NCBI GenBank assembly: GCA_017434855.1
Contig: JAFRUA010000067.1
Coordinates: 1,618-65,617 of the forward strand
Source of the DNA: Clostridia bacterium
Lineage (GTDB): Bacteria > Bacillota > Clostridia > Oscillospirales > Acutalibacteraceae
DNA: 64,000 bases
Reading direction: 5' to 3'
Shown here: positions 35,579 to 45,789 of the stretch, one piece after another
Position numbering within the stretch: position 1 is the stretch's first letter
How the letters are laid out: each line of letters opens with the position of its first letter
Notes under the pieces: generated by a model
Told to the model about the DNA's origin: nothing
The model's input: only the letters and a program-made list of their open reading frames with translations
Database searches by the model: none
Made by a program: the position numbers and the translations under genes

Positions 35579-36424
35579 TCAGTGCCGAAGAAACTGGCTG
35601 CGGATCACAGCCAGCACATGAAAGAACCGACCGTAAAGATTGACCATCAAGGTAAATGCGCCGGTGCCGCGCGCGTCCCTGCCCGGCGTGGTGATCACGG
35701 GCTGTGTTCCGGTGCCGAGACCGTTGTCGAACAGTGTCTGCAAAACGACCTGCGCGATCTTTTCGTTGCCTGCCGCGCTGGGGTGGATGTGATCCTCGGC
35801 AAAGTCGCGGTCGGAATCGGTCAGCGCGCTTGCCACGTCCGCGACCAGGATTTCGCCGGGATGATTCTGTGCATATGCCCAAATCTTTGCGTTGATGCGG
35901 TCGGCGCCGTTTTGATAAACATCGCCCACATACCCGGTCTGCGGGTTGTAGATCGTCTGCAGGACGATGGCGGTGTGCGGGTTCAGCTCATGAATTCGGG
36001 AAACGATGGTTCCGAGGTCCTCTTCAAAACCGGCGGCGATCTTGTCAAACCGGGCATAGTCCGCCTTGACGATGCCGTCATACATCAGCGCGCTGAGATT
36101 GCCCAGCAAAAAGTTGTTGCCGCCGATGGAAATGTTGATGATGTCTGCACCGGTGATGGCCTGCTTCACGGTCTTTTCTTCCATGCGCCGCAGCAGATTG
36201 TCGGTGGTGTGGCCCGGAATGGCGTAGTTTTCATATGCATATTTGTTAGTGTCGGCCACGATCTTTCCGTAAACGGCCGCTTTGGGGTTTGACAGGCCGG
36301 AGCCGTATGCGATGGAATCGCCGAGCACAACATAGCGCGGCTGCGCTTCTGCGCCGGCGAACACGCTCAGCGCGGCAAACAGCATCACAATGCACAGGAT
36401 AACGGATATAATTTTTTGCTTCAT
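35579..36424 (-). CDS. Secreted SGNH/GDSL-family hydrolase (lipase/esterase)
   Basis: Signal peptide is MKQKIISVILCIVMLFAALSVFAGA. Block I is VVLGDSIAYGSG and block V is DHIHPSAAGNEKIA. Confidence 0.85.
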   Translation of the reverse strand: MKQKIISVILCIVMLFAALSVFAGAEAQPRYVVLGDSIAYGSGLSNPKAAVYGKIVADTNKYAYENYAIPGHTTDNLLRRMEEKTVKQAITGADIINISIGGNNFLLGNLSALMYDGIVKADYARFDKIAAGFEEDLGTIVSRIHELNPHTAIVLQTIYNPQTGYVGDVYQNGADRINAKIWAYAQNHPGEILVADVASALTDSDRDFAEDHIHPSAAGNEKIAQVVLQTLFDNGLGTGTQPVITTPGRDARGTGAFTLMVNLYGRFFHVLAVIRSQFLRH

Positions 36425-36525
36425 CGGTAGCCCTCCTTAAAATTTATATTGTTATTATAGGATTTCTTTTGGATGCTGTCAATCGGTTCATGGAATTATA
36501 AAATATATTTTTAAGAAATATGTTC

Positions 36526-36554
36526 TTGACATCCTGAAAAAAACCGCTTATTAT
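36526..36554 (+). promoter_or_regulatory. Candidate sigma-A promoter
   Basis: TTGACA (36526-36531), a 17-nt spacer, then TATTAT (36549-36554). Confidence 0.55.
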
Positions 36555-36613
36555 TAAGAAGGATCAACAACCGTACAGCATATTTATTCTTAAATGAGAT
36601 GGAGGATCAGCAA

Positions 36614-37738
36614 ATGAAATCGTATGACATTGCGGCCTATGTCTGGCCGTCATATACAGGAAAAGAACCGCGCGCCCGCCAGTTCTGGGAGCAGGGGATC
36701 GGTGAATGGCAGTCGGTCCTGAGCGCCGAAGCGCGGGTGGAAGGGCAGCGATTGCCGCGCAAACCGCTGTGGGGCACCGTGGATGAAGCCGATCCGGCCG
36801 TCATGGAGTTCCAGATCAAAGAGGCGCTGCGCCACGGGGTCAATGTGTTTATTTATGACTGGTACTGGTATGACCGCCGCCCGTTTCTGGAGCAGTGCCT
36901 GGACGACGGCTTTTTGGGTGCGCCGAACAACACGGACATGCAGTTTTATCTGATGTGGGCCAACCACGACGCCGGCTACACCTGGGATAAGCGCCAGTCC
37001 GGCCTGGACGAGATCATCTGGTTCGGTTCCCAGCCGCGCGAAGAATTTGACCGGGTGTGCCGCCGCGTGATCGACCGGTATTTCAAACGCCCGAATTATT
37101 ACAAGATCAACGGCTGCCCGGTGTTCATGATCTATGAAATGTCAAACCTCGTCAGGGGGCTCGGCGGCATTGACAAGGCGCGGCAGGCGCTGGATGATTT
37201 TCGCAGACTGACGGTGGACGCGGGCTTTCCGGGTCTGCATCTCCAGGCGACAATTTATTCCGAACACGCCGTCAACGTCAGCGGTGTGGATTCCGCACGC
37301 ACCGGGTCCACAAAAGACATGGTCGAACTGCTCGGCTTTGACTCTGTGACCCATTACCAGTTCTGTCATTTTGTAGACTGCAACCGGGATTATCTCGACA
37401 TCCTGCCGGACGTGCAGGCGGAATGGGACCGCATCCGCGCCGATTACAACGTGCCGTATTATCCGCACATGACCATCGGCTGGGACAACAACCCGCGCCA
37501 TCATTTTCTGACCTGGCCGATCATGAGAAACAACACGCCGGAAAACTTCAAAAAAGGTCTGCAAATGGCCAAAGACTTTGCCGATAAATATAACGACGTG
37601 CCGCTGATCACGATCAATTCCTGGAACGAATGGACCGAGATGAGCTATCTGGAGCCGGACGACGTTTTCGGCTACGGCTATCTGGAAGCGGTGCGCGACG
37701 TCTTTGGCTGTGCGGCGCCGCAGTCTGACCGGTCATGA
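36614..37738 (+). CDS. WbsX-like / GH99-like glycoside hydrolase family protein
   Basis: MKSYDIAAYVWPSYTG...FWEQGIGEWQSV... is typical of the Glyco_tran_WbsX family. The ATG at 36614 lies 8 nt after GGAGG. Confidence 0.65.
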   Translation: MKSYDIAAYVWPSYTGKEPRARQFWEQGIGEWQSVLSAEARVEGQRLPRKPLWGTVDEADPAVMEFQIKEALRHGVNVFIYDWYWYDRRPFLEQCLDDGFLGAPNNTDMQFYLMWANHDAGYTWDKRQSGLDEIIWFGSQPREEFDRVCRRVIDRYFKRPNYYKINGCPVFMIYEMSNLVRGLGGIDKARQALDDFRRLTVDAGFPGLHLQATIYSEHAVNVSGVDSARTGSTKDMVELLGFDSVTHYQFCHFVDCNRDYLDILPDVQAEWDRIRADYNVPYYPHMTIGWDNNPRHHFLTWPIMRNNTPENFKKGLQMAKDFADKYNDVPLITINSWNEWTEMSYLEPDDVFGYGYLEAVRDVFGCAAPQSDRS

Positions 37739-37809
37739 CGGCCGGCCTTTCCGGCGGCGAATCACTTTGCGCCCCGTCAGATCAACCCAATTCAAAAGGA
37801 GGAAGCACT

Positions 37810-38703
37810 GTGTTTAAAAAAATCATTGCGTTCTTTATGGCGTTTTTCCTTGCCGTCAGCGCGTTCTTTTCCGGCCTGTTTCAAAAGAAGCCTGCGCCGG
37901 AGCCCTTTGACCTTGCCTATGGGTCTGCCGAACGGCAGGTGCTGGACATTGAGCTGCCGGACAAGCAGGGCGCCGTCAGTCTGGTGCTGTTTATCCATGG
38001 CGGCGGATGGATCGCCGGCAGCAAAGAGCTCTATCGCGAAAATCTGCAGCTCTGGGCCAAAAACGGCTATGCCGCCGCCGCGATCAATTACCGCTATCTG
38101 TCGGACACGGTCAAAATGACCGATCTGCTGGACGACATCGACGCCGCGCTGGCCGCGATCAAATCCTATGCGGCGGATCGCGGGCAAACCATCCGCAAGG
38201 CGCTTTTGACCGGCGCGTCTGCCGGCGGGCACCTTTCGCTGCTGTATGCCTATGCGCGCAAAGACACCGCACCCATCACACCGGCCTGTGTGGTCAGCTA
38301 TTGCGGTGTGATGGACCTTGCCTCGCCGCAGTTCATTGAAGAGAACGGCCTCGGAGACCTCGGCGTGATGGTTGACTGGATGCGCAAAGCGTCCGGCGTT
38401 GCGCTCACCAAGGCCGAGTATGAGGCAAAAAGCGGCAACTATGACGCATACATGGCCGCCCTGCGAGAAATCTCTCCGCTGACCTATGCGTCGTCTGCCG
38501 TGCCCACGGTCATTGCCCACGGCGAAGAAGACAATGTTGCGCCCTTTGCAGATGCGGTGCGCATGGATGCGGCGCTGACAGACGCCGGCGTGCCGCATGA
38601 ATTCATCGTCTATCCGCACTCCGGCCACGGGCTTGAGGATGCAGACAGCGGCGTTCGTACCAACGAAGCGTTTGTGCAGTACGCCCTGACATATCTGAAA
38701 TAA
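37810..38703 (+). CDS. Membrane-anchored or secreted alpha/beta hydrolase (esterase, HSL-like HGGG type)
   Basis: Oxyanion motif is FIHGGGWIAGS and the nucleophile elbow is GASAGGHL. HGEEDNVAPF and a C-terminal His are also present. The GTG start lies 7 nt after AAAGGAGGA. Confidence 0.8.
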   Translation: MFKKIIAFFMAFFLAVSAFFSGLFQKKPAPEPFDLAYGSAERQVLDIELPDKQGAVSLVLFIHGGGWIAGSKELYRENLQLWAKNGYAAAAINYRYLSDTVKMTDLLDDIDAALAAIKSYAADRGQTIRKALLTGASAGGHLSLLYAYARKDTAPITPACVVSYCGVMDLASPQFIEENGLGDLGVMVDWMRKASGVALTKAEYEAKSGNYDAYMAALREISPLTYASSAVPTVIAHGEEDNVAPFADAVRMDAALTDAGVPHEFIVYPHSGHGLEDADSGVRTNEAFVQYALTYLK

Positions 38704-38748
38704 AACACCTGCGGTTTATCAGGAACAGGAAGAAACAGGAGGTCAAAA

Positions 38749-40146
38749 ATGAAAGTTCTGGTTTTAAACGGTTCCCCGGCGGGGGACGACAGCATCACGC
38801 TTTTTACGGTCAAATACATTGAACGGTTTTTCCCGTCCTGTACGTTTGAGGTGCTGCATGTCGGTAAATTCATTAAAAAAATGGAGCGTGATTTTTCGGA
38901 AAGCGCCGAAGCGCTGCAAAACGCCGACCTGATTTTATTCAGCTATCCCGTCTATACGTTCCTGGTACCGGCGCAATTGCACCGCTTTGTGGAGCTGATG
39001 AAGGAACAGGGCATTGATCTCAGCGGCAAATATGCCACCCAGATCAGCACATCCAAGCATTTTTACGACATGACCGCCCACCGTTTTCTGGAAGAGAACT
39101 GCTATGATCTGGGGCTGCGGTATCTGCGCGGCCTGTCGGCGGATATGGACGACCTTTTGACCGAAACGGGCCGCAAGCAGGCGCTGGACTTTTTCAGCCG
39201 TGTGGTCTGGTCGGTGGAGCACGGCCTGTTTGAATGCCCGCCGCAGACGCCGGCGGCGCTTGCATCGGTGCCGCTGCGGGAACAGGACGTGCAGCCCGTA
39301 TGCAAAAAAAAGACCGGCAAGGTCGTGATCGTGACGGACTACGGCACAGACCCGGCCGCCGCCGCGCCGCTGCAGGCCATGGTGGAGCGGTTTCGCGCAT
39401 TGCTGCCGTTTGACAGCGCGGTCGTTGACCTGCAGCAGTTTCCGTTCAAGGGCGGGTGCATCGGCTGTTTCAACTGCGCCGCCACGGGCAAGTGCTTTTA
39501 CAAAGACGGCTTTGACGATTATCTGCGGTCCAACATTCAGGATTCCGAAGCAATCGTCTATGCCTATACGATCAAGGATCACTCCATGGGCTATCGGATG
39601 AAGCTGTATGACGACCGCCAGTTCTGCAACGGGCACCGCACGGTGACCATGGGCAAGCCGGTCGGCTATCTGGTGCACGGCGATCTTTCGCAAGAGGCAA
39701 ACCTGCGCCTGCTGATGGAAGCGCGCGCCCAGGTGGGCGGCAACTTTCTTTCGGGCATCGCCTGCGACACGGCAGACCCGGACCGCGAAATTGAACAGCT
39801 TGCGCTGCAGCTGACCTATGCCGTGACGCATCACTATGAAGAACCGCAGAACTTTTACGGCGTGGGCGGACTGAAAATTTTCCGCGATCTGATCTATCAG
39901 ATGCAGGGACTGATGAAAGCCGACCACAAGTTCTATAAAGAACACGGCTTTTATGATTTTCCGCAAAAGCGCAAGGGCCGCATCATCGGCATGTATGCTG
40001 TGGGCGCGCTGATGCAAAACAAAACCCTGCAGAAAAAGGCCGGCGGCAAAATGACCGAAGGCATGACGATGCCGTATCACAAGGTGCTGGACCGCGCGCC
40101 GGCGCCGAAAGCGGCAGAAAAGAAAGAACCTGTCAAAATCAAATGA
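38749..40146 (+). CDS. Flavodoxin-like-fold NAD(P)H-dependent oxidoreductase family protein (duplicated fold with a Cys cluster)
   Basis: The N-terminus is MKVLVLNGSPAGDDS...ADLILFSYPVY. A second half begins KVVIVTDYG and carries GGCIGCFNCAATGKC. Confidence 0.6.
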   Translation: MKVLVLNGSPAGDDSITLFTVKYIERFFPSCTFEVLHVGKFIKKMERDFSESAEALQNADLILFSYPVYTFLVPAQLHRFVELMKEQGIDLSGKYATQISTSKHFYDMTAHRFLEENCYDLGLRYLRGLSADMDDLLTETGRKQALDFFSRVVWSVEHGLFECPPQTPAALASVPLREQDVQPVCKKKTGKVVIVTDYGTDPAAAAPLQAMVERFRALLPFDSAVVDLQQFPFKGGCIGCFNCAATGKCFYKDGFDDYLRSNIQDSEAIVYAYTIKDHSMGYRMKLYDDRQFCNGHRTVTMGKPVGYLVHGDLSQEANLRLLMEARAQVGGNFLSGIACDTADPDREIEQLALQLTYAVTHHYEEPQNFYGVGGLKIFRDLIYQMQGLMKADHKFYKEHGFYDFPQKRKGRIIGMYAVGALMQNKTLQKKAGGKMTEGMTMPYHKVLDRAPAPKAAEKKEPVKIK

Positions 40147-40158
40147 TCAAAATGATAC

Positions 40159-40199
40159 AGCCGGGGCATTCTCAAACGAGTGCTCCGGCTGCTTGTTTT
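40159..40199. terminator. Hairpin terminator between convergent genes
   Basis: AGCCGGGGCA pairs with TGCTCCGGCT over about 10 bp, followed by GCTTGTTTTA. Confidence 0.5.
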
Positions 40200-40209
40200 A
40201 TGGCTTTTT

Positions 40210-40650
40210 TCATTCAGACAACACCGTGATCGTGTCGCCGGCCCTGACGGTGCCGCCGGTGATCACGCGGGCAAAGACGCCCTCCTTCGGCATGATGCAC
40301 TGGCCCACCAGCTGGCGGATGGCGCAGCCGTCGTGGCACTCCTTGCCAATCTGAGAGATCTCGATGACCGCCCGGTCGCCCAGGCGCAGCCGGGTGCCGA
40401 CCGGCAGGGTGTGCAGCGTGATGCCCTCGGTCGTGATGTTTTCGGCAAACATGCCGTGGCACAGCCCGTCGGTGCGCATGCCTTTGGCTTTTTCTATGCT
40501 CTCTTTTGCAAGCAGACTGACCTGCCGGTGCCATTTGCCGGCGTGGGCGTCGCCCTCAAAGCCGAAATCTACGATCAGGTTTCCTTCTGTGATCGTGGTT
40601 TTCGGCGTACCCTTTTTTTCACTGATGTTGATGGAAAGGATCGTTGCCAT
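40210..40650 (-). CDS. MOSC-domain protein
   Basis: 146 aa: SINISEKKGTPK...FEGDAHAG...RQVSLL...ENITTEG...GTRLRLG.AVIEISQIGKECH. Confidence 0.85.
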   Translation of the reverse strand: MATILSINISEKKGTPKTTITEGNLIVDFGFEGDAHAGKWHRQVSLLAKESIEKAKGMRTDGLCHGMFAENITTEGITLHTLPVGTRLRLGDRAVIEISQIGKECHDGCAIRQLVGQCIMPKEGVFARVITGGTVRAGDTITVLSE

Positions 40651-40652
40651 GC

Positions 40653-41591
40653 TCAGCCTCCTGTTCTGTTGAGTCCGTGGGTGGTCGTGCCGCCGCCGAA
40701 ATCGTGTCCGGCGGGTTTGGCCTGAATGATTTCACGAATGCGTGCGGTGAGTGCCGCCGGGTCATCTTTATATGCCAAAAGATCATAGCTGTCGTCAAAC
40801 GCCAGACAGGGCTTGACGCTGCCGTCAGACAACAGGCGCACGCGGCTGCATCGGTCGCAGAATTTGTGGCTGACCGGGCTGATCAGGCCAATTCGCCCGC
40901 GAAAGCCGTCGGCCGTATAGTAGCGCGCCGTGGCGGTTTCCTGCGTTTCAAGCTGCCGCAAAAACGGAAAGCGCCGCAGTAACTCGTCGCCGGTGACGCG
41001 TTTGTCATTGTCTTCTCCAACGCTGGAAAACGGCATCAGCTCAATGAACCGCACGTCGATCGGGCTGTCCTTGGCCAACGCAATCAGGTCGCCTGCGCCC
41101 GCGTCGTTGACGCCTTTCATCAGCACGGCGTTGATCTTGATGGCAGACAGACCATCGCACTGCGCCGCGTCGATGCCGCGCAGCACTCTGTCCAGCACGT
41201 CGGCGCCGGTCAGGTGGCGATAGGTGCTGCCGTCGGTGCTGTCCAGACTGATGTTGACACTGCTCAGCCCCGCATCGACCAACGGTTTTGCAAACTGTTC
41301 CAGCAGCACGCCGTTGGTCGTCAGGGCAACCGTTTCGATGCCCGGAATGCTTTTGACGCCGCGCACGATGTCGCACACGTCTGCACGCACCAGCGGCTCG
41401 CCCCCGGTGACGCGCACCTTTTTGATGCCGCAGCGGGCAAAGGCATGCACAAGCGCAATGATTGTTTTGGCTGAAAGCTCCTGTTCTTTTTTGTCGCAGT
41501 CTGCTTTTCCGCAATAGATACAGTTCAGATTGCAGCGCGTTGTGACCGACACGCGCAGATAGTCGATCTCACGCCCGAAGTTATCTTTCAT
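40653..41591 (-). CDS. moaA: GTP 3',8-cyclase MoaA (radical SAM)
   Basis: YLRVSVTTRCNLNCIYCG contains the CxxxCxxC motif. The C-terminal region shows FCDRCSRVRLLSDGSVKPCL. The start is set at MKDNFGREIDYL. It overlaps moaC by 11 nt. Confidence 0.9.
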   Translation of the reverse strand: MKDNFGREIDYLRVSVTTRCNLNCIYCGKADCDKKEQELSAKTIIALVHAFARCGIKKVRVTGGEPLVRADVCDIVRGVKSIPGIETVALTTNGVLLEQFAKPLVDAGLSSVNISLDSTDGSTYRHLTGADVLDRVLRGIDAAQCDGLSAIKINAVLMKGVNDAGAGDLIALAKDSPIDVRFIELMPFSSVGEDNDKRVTGDELLRRFPFLRQLETQETATARYYTADGFRGRIGLISPVSHKFCDRCSRVRLLSDGSVKPCLAFDDSYDLLAYKDDPAALTARIREIIQAKPAGHDFGGGTTTHGLNRTGG

Positions 41592-42048
41592 GTTTGAAAT
41601 CACTCTTTCCGCCGGTCTTTTCCAGCAGCTTGATCTCTTCAATGACCATGCCGCGGTCGATCGCCTTGCACATGTCATAGATCGTCAGCGCCGCCACGCT
41701 TGCCGCCGTCAGCACCTCCATCTCGATGCCGGTTTTATAGCTGCATTTGGCGGTTGACAGAATGGCCAGCGTGGTTTCCGATTCCCGTTCAAAGGCGATG
41801 TCGATCTTGTCGATCGGGATGTTGTGGCACAGGGGGATCAGCTCGGCCGTGCGTTTGCCGCCCATGATCCCGGCGATCCGCGCCGCGGCCAGGCCGTCGC
41901 CCTTTTTGAGCTGCGAGGTCAGCAGCGCCTGCAGCGTTTCCTCCTGCATCCTGATTTTTGCACAGGCGCGTGCCGTGCGCACGGTGACGCGCTTTTCACC
42001 GATATCGACCATGTTCGCTTCGCCGTTTTCATTCAGATGGGTCAACAT
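41581..42048 (-). CDS. moaC: Cyclic pyranopterin monophosphate synthase MoaC
   Basis: MLTHLNENGEANMVDIGEK..T.R.A.A ... KGD.L..ARIAGIMGGKRT.ELIPLCH ... TGIEMEVLTA. Confidence 0.9.
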   Translation of the reverse strand: MLTHLNENGEANMVDIGEKRVTVRTARACAKIRMQEETLQALLTSQLKKGDGLAAARIAGIMGGKRTAELIPLCHNIPIDKIDIAFERESETTLAILSTAKCSYKTGIEMEVLTAASVAALTIYDMCKAIDRGMVIEEIKLLEKTGGKSDFKHER

Positions 42049-42052
42049 GAGA

Positions 42053-43933
42053 TCACTCCTCGATCAGATAACCGCCCATGGCCTGCAGCCGCTGTTTGCA
42101 TGCGTCAGAACGCAGAACGTCAAAAAACGCACGAACCATCGGGTCGTCAAGATATTGTTCATCCACCAGGAATTCATACGTTTCCATACAGATGGGGATG
42201 AAGTCCAGATCATAGATCTTTGCGGCGGACAGAATGCCAAGTCCGGTGTCGGCGTTGCCGGCGGCAATCAGCGCGGCCACGGCCGTGTGGGTGAATTCCT
42301 CGTTGTCGTAGCCGTCGATCTGCTGCGGCGTCAGGCCGTTCTGTTCCAGAAGATAGTCGCACAGGATGCGTGTGCCGGCGCCGCGCTGGCGGTTGACATA
42401 GCGCACGCGCGCCACGTCTGCAAACGAGCCGATGCCGCAGGGGTTGCCTTTTTTGACCATGAGGCCCTGCACACGGCCGACGCCCCTGACCGTGACGGCC
42501 CCGCCGTTCGGAAAGTATTTTTCAACATAGCTTTTGTTGTATTCGCCCGTTGCGGCGTCCAGCAGATGGATGCCGCCCAGGTGCGCAAGGCCGCTGCCGA
42601 CCGCGCGGATGGCGCCCATGCTGCCCACATGGGTGGAGCACACGCGAAACCCGGCGCCGCTTTGCCTGAGCAGATCGGCCACCTCGTCGATCAGCGGGTC
42701 GTGGCTGCCGGTGACGATCAAGGTACGTTCCAGCTCCTGTAAAGGACGCAGCAGGCGCACGGGCACGGTGTCGCCCGCTTCATAACCTTCACAGTTTTGC
42801 GGCACGACCAGAATGCCGTCCGCTTTGGTAAAGCTGCTGATGACGCCCGCGCCGCGCGAAAGGGGAGAAGCCGACCACACGCCGCCGATTTTGCCGAGAC
42901 TGACGCGCACATATTCCTGATATTTCAGGGAAGAGACCAGCTTTTTGGAAAGCACGGCATCCACCGTGTTCCATGCGGGCGTTGCCAGACCGCGGCTTTG
43001 ATACACAAGGTCGCGCACGATCTCGTCCATGATGACGATGGCAGAGACCGGGTACCCCGGCAGACCGACGACGGGTTTGCCGTTTGCTTCGCCAAGGACG
43101 GCGGGCTTGCCCGGCTTGATCGCGATGCCGTGGACCAGAACCGTGCCGAGCTCGGCGATGATGTCTGCGGTATAATCGTCCCGCCCGGCAGAGGAGCCGG
43201 CGGAAACCAGCACGATGTCGCAGCGATCCAGAGCTTCTGTTACTGCGGCGCGGATGCGGTCCTTTTTGTCCGGCGTGATGGGAAAGACTTCAACGTTTGC
43301 GCCCCAGCCCTCCAGCATGCCGCGAAAGACGGTGGAGTTGAATTCGATGATGTCGCCGGGTTTCGGGTCGCTTGTGGGCGCCACGATCTCATCCCCGGTG
43401 GGAATGACGCCGACAACGGGGGCGCGCAGAACCTCGGTTTTTGTGACGCCGCCGGCCAGAAGCGCACCGCACAGCGCCGGGGTCAGCACCGTGCCGGACG
43501 GGGCAATCATGTCGCCCATGCAAAGGTCTTCGCCCACCTGACGCACGTTTTGCCACGGGTGCACGGCGGCAATGATCTCATAACAGCCGTCCGCCGCGTC
43601 AATGAGGTCCTCCACCATGATGACCGCGTCGGTGCCTTCCGGCAGGGGATCGCCGGTGTCGACCACGGTGTAATCGTCCGGCGTCAGCGTCACGGGGGTG
43701 CGCTCGCTTGCGCCGAAGGTGACGCTCGCTTTGACCGCAACGCCGTCCATGGCGCTGGCATTGTAATGCGGGGCGCAGATGTGCGCATAGACCGCGTGCT
43801 GCAGCGTGCGAGCGCAGGCGGTCTGCACCGCGACGGTTTCGCCTGTCGGTGCAAAGCCCGCAGCCGTCAGATGCGCGAAATAGCGCGATTTTGCCTGCGC
43901 CGGCGGCAGGTTTTCAAGATAACGATGTTCCAT
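42053..43933 (-). CDS. moeA: MoeA-type molybdopterin molybdo/tungsto-transferase fused to a C-terminal PBP-like (ModE/periplasmic-binding-type) domain
   Basis: The MoeA N, MoCF and C domains show SAMDGVAV, GVIPTGDEI and VSAGSSAGRDDY. An additional ~230-aa segment follows (LIVTGSHDPLIDE...GIHLLD...RQRGAGTR...). Confidence 0.8.
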   Translation of the reverse strand: MEHRYLENLPPAQAKSRYFAHLTAAGFAPTGETVAVQTACARTLQHAVYAHICAPHYNASAMDGVAVKASVTFGASERTPVTLTPDDYTVVDTGDPLPEGTDAVIMVEDLIDAADGCYEIIAAVHPWQNVRQVGEDLCMGDMIAPSGTVLTPALCGALLAGGVTKTEVLRAPVVGVIPTGDEIVAPTSDPKPGDIIEFNSTVFRGMLEGWGANVEVFPITPDKKDRIRAAVTEALDRCDIVLVSAGSSAGRDDYTADIIAELGTVLVHGIAIKPGKPAVLGEANGKPVVGLPGYPVSAIVIMDEIVRDLVYQSRGLATPAWNTVDAVLSKKLVSSLKYQEYVRVSLGKIGGVWSASPLSRGAGVISSFTKADGILVVPQNCEGYEAGDTVPVRLLRPLQELERTLIVTGSHDPLIDEVADLLRQSGAGFRVCSTHVGSMGAIRAVGSGLAHLGGIHLLDAATGEYNKSYVEKYFPNGGAVTVRGVGRVQGLMVKKGNPCGIGSFADVARVRYVNRQRGAGTRILCDYLLEQNGLTPQQIDGYDNEEFTHTAVAALIAAGNADTGLGILSAAKIYDLDFIPICMETYEFLVDEQYLDDPMVRAFFDVLRSDACKQRLQAMGGYLIEE

Positions 43934-43935
43934 AG

Positions 43936-45132
43936 CTACACCTCGTAAAGGTCAATTTCGGCGCCTTTGGCAAGACCCTCCGCGTCGCGGGGGATGCGCA
44001 GAAAGCCGTCTGCCTGCGTCAGCACAGAGATCACGCCCGATTTGGTGTGCAGCGGCAGGACCGTGCCGTCCGCGCGGCGCCGCACGCAAAGATATTCTTC
44101 CCGCCCGTGGTTGGACGGAATATTGACGGCAAGCGTGCCTTTGGACGCCGGGCGATCCTCCGGCAGCGAAAGCATGGCCCGCAGCCCTTCGCATACGATC
44201 AGCCGAAAGACAAAGTATGCCGCCAGCGGGTGCCCCGGCAGACCGAAGACGGGCTTGCCCTTTGCCATGGCAAAGATGGTCGGTTTGCCGGGCTTCATGG
44301 CGATGCCGTGAAAGAATACCTTGCCCAGCGTGTCCAGAATGTCCACCGTCAGATCACGGACCCCGGCGGAGGACCCGCCGGAGATCAGAACCGCGTCCGC
44401 CTTGTCCAGGCAGGAGCGCACGGCGGCTTCGATTTGTTCACGGTCATCGGGCACCGCGCCGTATTGCACCACGCGGCAGCCGAACCGCTGCGCCGCTGCG
44501 GCAAGCAAAAACGTGTTGACGTCGCGCATCTGGCCGGCCGTTGGCGTGCCGGTCACGATTTCGTCCCCGGTGGAGATCACCGCAACGGTCGGGGGCACAA
44601 ACACGGGCACGTCGTATACGCCCAGCGCAGCCAGCACGCCGGTTTCAGGAATGCCGATGCGCGTTCCTTTTTGCAGTACGCAATCACCTTTGGCCACGTC
44701 GTCGCCGCGCCGGGTGACATTGGCGCCGGGTGAAACGCCGGCATAGACCAGGCACAGCCCGTTTGCATCGTCGGTGTGCTCCACCATCACGGCGGCGTCG
44801 GCGCCCGCAGGCAGCATGCCGCCGGTGGAAATTTTTGCGCACTGGCCGCGCCGCAGCGCAAACTGCGGGGCTTTGCCCATGGCGATCTCTCCGACGATCT
44901 CCAGCTCTGCCGGAATCGCCGCGCCCGCGCCGAAGGTGTCTGCCGCGCAGACCGCATAGCCGTCCACCGTGGTCCGGTCAAACGGCGGAATGTCTTCATT
45001 GGAAACGACGTCCTGCGACAGAACGCGGTTCAACGCGCTGTTCAGCGCAGCCGTTTCGGTTTTCGGAACGACGGAACGCAGCTGTTCGCGCACGCAGGCG
45101 ACCGCCTGATCTTTTGTGATGACTTGCAGCAT
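43936..45132 (-). CDS. moeA: MoeA-type molybdopterin molybdenum/tungsten transferase (stand-alone paralogue)
   Basis: FDRTTVDGYAV, VAVISTGDEIV, LISGGSSAGVRD and GIAMKPGKP. Confidence 0.85.
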   Translation of the reverse strand: MLQVITKDQAVACVREQLRSVVPKTETAALNSALNRVLSQDVVSNEDIPPFDRTTVDGYAVCAADTFGAGAAIPAELEIVGEIAMGKAPQFALRRGQCAKISTGGMLPAGADAAVMVEHTDDANGLCLVYAGVSPGANVTRRGDDVAKGDCVLQKGTRIGIPETGVLAALGVYDVPVFVPPTVAVISTGDEIVTGTPTAGQMRDVNTFLLAAAAQRFGCRVVQYGAVPDDREQIEAAVRSCLDKADAVLISGGSSAGVRDLTVDILDTLGKVFFHGIAMKPGKPTIFAMAKGKPVFGLPGHPLAAYFVFRLIVCEGLRAMLSLPEDRPASKGTLAVNIPSNHGREEYLCVRRRADGTVLPLHTKSGVISVLTQADGFLRIPRDAEGLAKGAEIDLYEV

Positions 45133-45789
45133 TCAGATCCTCCACCCCGCAATGAATTGTTTGGCCCAGTCCGATTCCGGCGCGCGCAGAATCGTCTGCG
45201 GGCCGCCGTCGGCTTCAATTGTTCCGCCGTTCAGAATGATGAGCCGGTTTGCGGTGTTCAGGGCAACGGCGGGGGTGTGTGTGCTCAAAACCATCGTGCA
45301 ACCGGTTGCTTCACGATAGCGGCGCAGCACGCCCAGGAGCAGCTCGGTTCCGGCAGCGTCGCAAGCACTGGTCGGCTCGTCAAGCAGCAGCAGACTGCAC
45401 GGGCGCACCAGCAATCGGCAAAGCGCCATCCGCTGCAGCTCCCCGCCGGAAAGTGACGCGGCTTTTTTGTCTTTGAGGTGCAGCAGATCGGTTTCTTCCA
45501 GCAGCCGCAGCGCCTCGCCGCGTTTTTTATGCGTGCCGAGCAGGATATTGTGCAGCACGGTGCCGCGGAACGCATAGGGCTTTTGCGGCAGATACAGCAC
45601 CGGCGCGGCGGCCTTTACGCTGCCCTCGGTGGATTTCAGCCGGCCGGCCAGGATGCGCAGCAGGGTGGTCTTTCCGCAGCCGTTGGGGCCGACGAGCGCC
45701 AGCGTTTCGCCCTGCGGCACCGTGAGCGTGTCAATCTCCAGCACGGTCCGGTCGCGATAGGTCTTTTTCACATGGCTCAGTTCAATCAT
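45133..45789 (-). CDS. tupC: ABC transporter ATP-binding protein (tungstate/molybdate type, TupC-like)
   Basis: Walker A is GPNGCGKTT, the signature is LSGGELQR and Walker B is LLLLDEPTS. The start is MIELSHVKKTY, overlapping the permease gene by 8 nt. Confidence 0.75.
   Translation of the reverse strand: MIELSHVKKTYRDRTVLEIDTLTVPQGETLALVGPNGCGKTTLLRILAGRLKSTEGSVKAAAPVLYLPQKPYAFRGTVLHNILLGTHKKRGEALRLLEETDLLHLKDKKAASLSGGELQRMALCRLLVRPCSLLLLDEPTSACDAAGTELLLGVLRRYREATGCTMVLSTHTPAVALNTANRLIILNGGTIEADGGPQTILRAPESDWAKQFIAGWRI

Noticed and set aside
34758-35882. N-terminal 105-codon extension of the nitroreductase ORF (and the similar extensions at 47881-48216, 45790-45900, 47395-47466 and 41592-41678)
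   Set aside because: The extensions overlap neighbouring genes or regulatory RNA, are Arg-rich, and precede internal Met codons that have SD sequences and family-typical N-termini.
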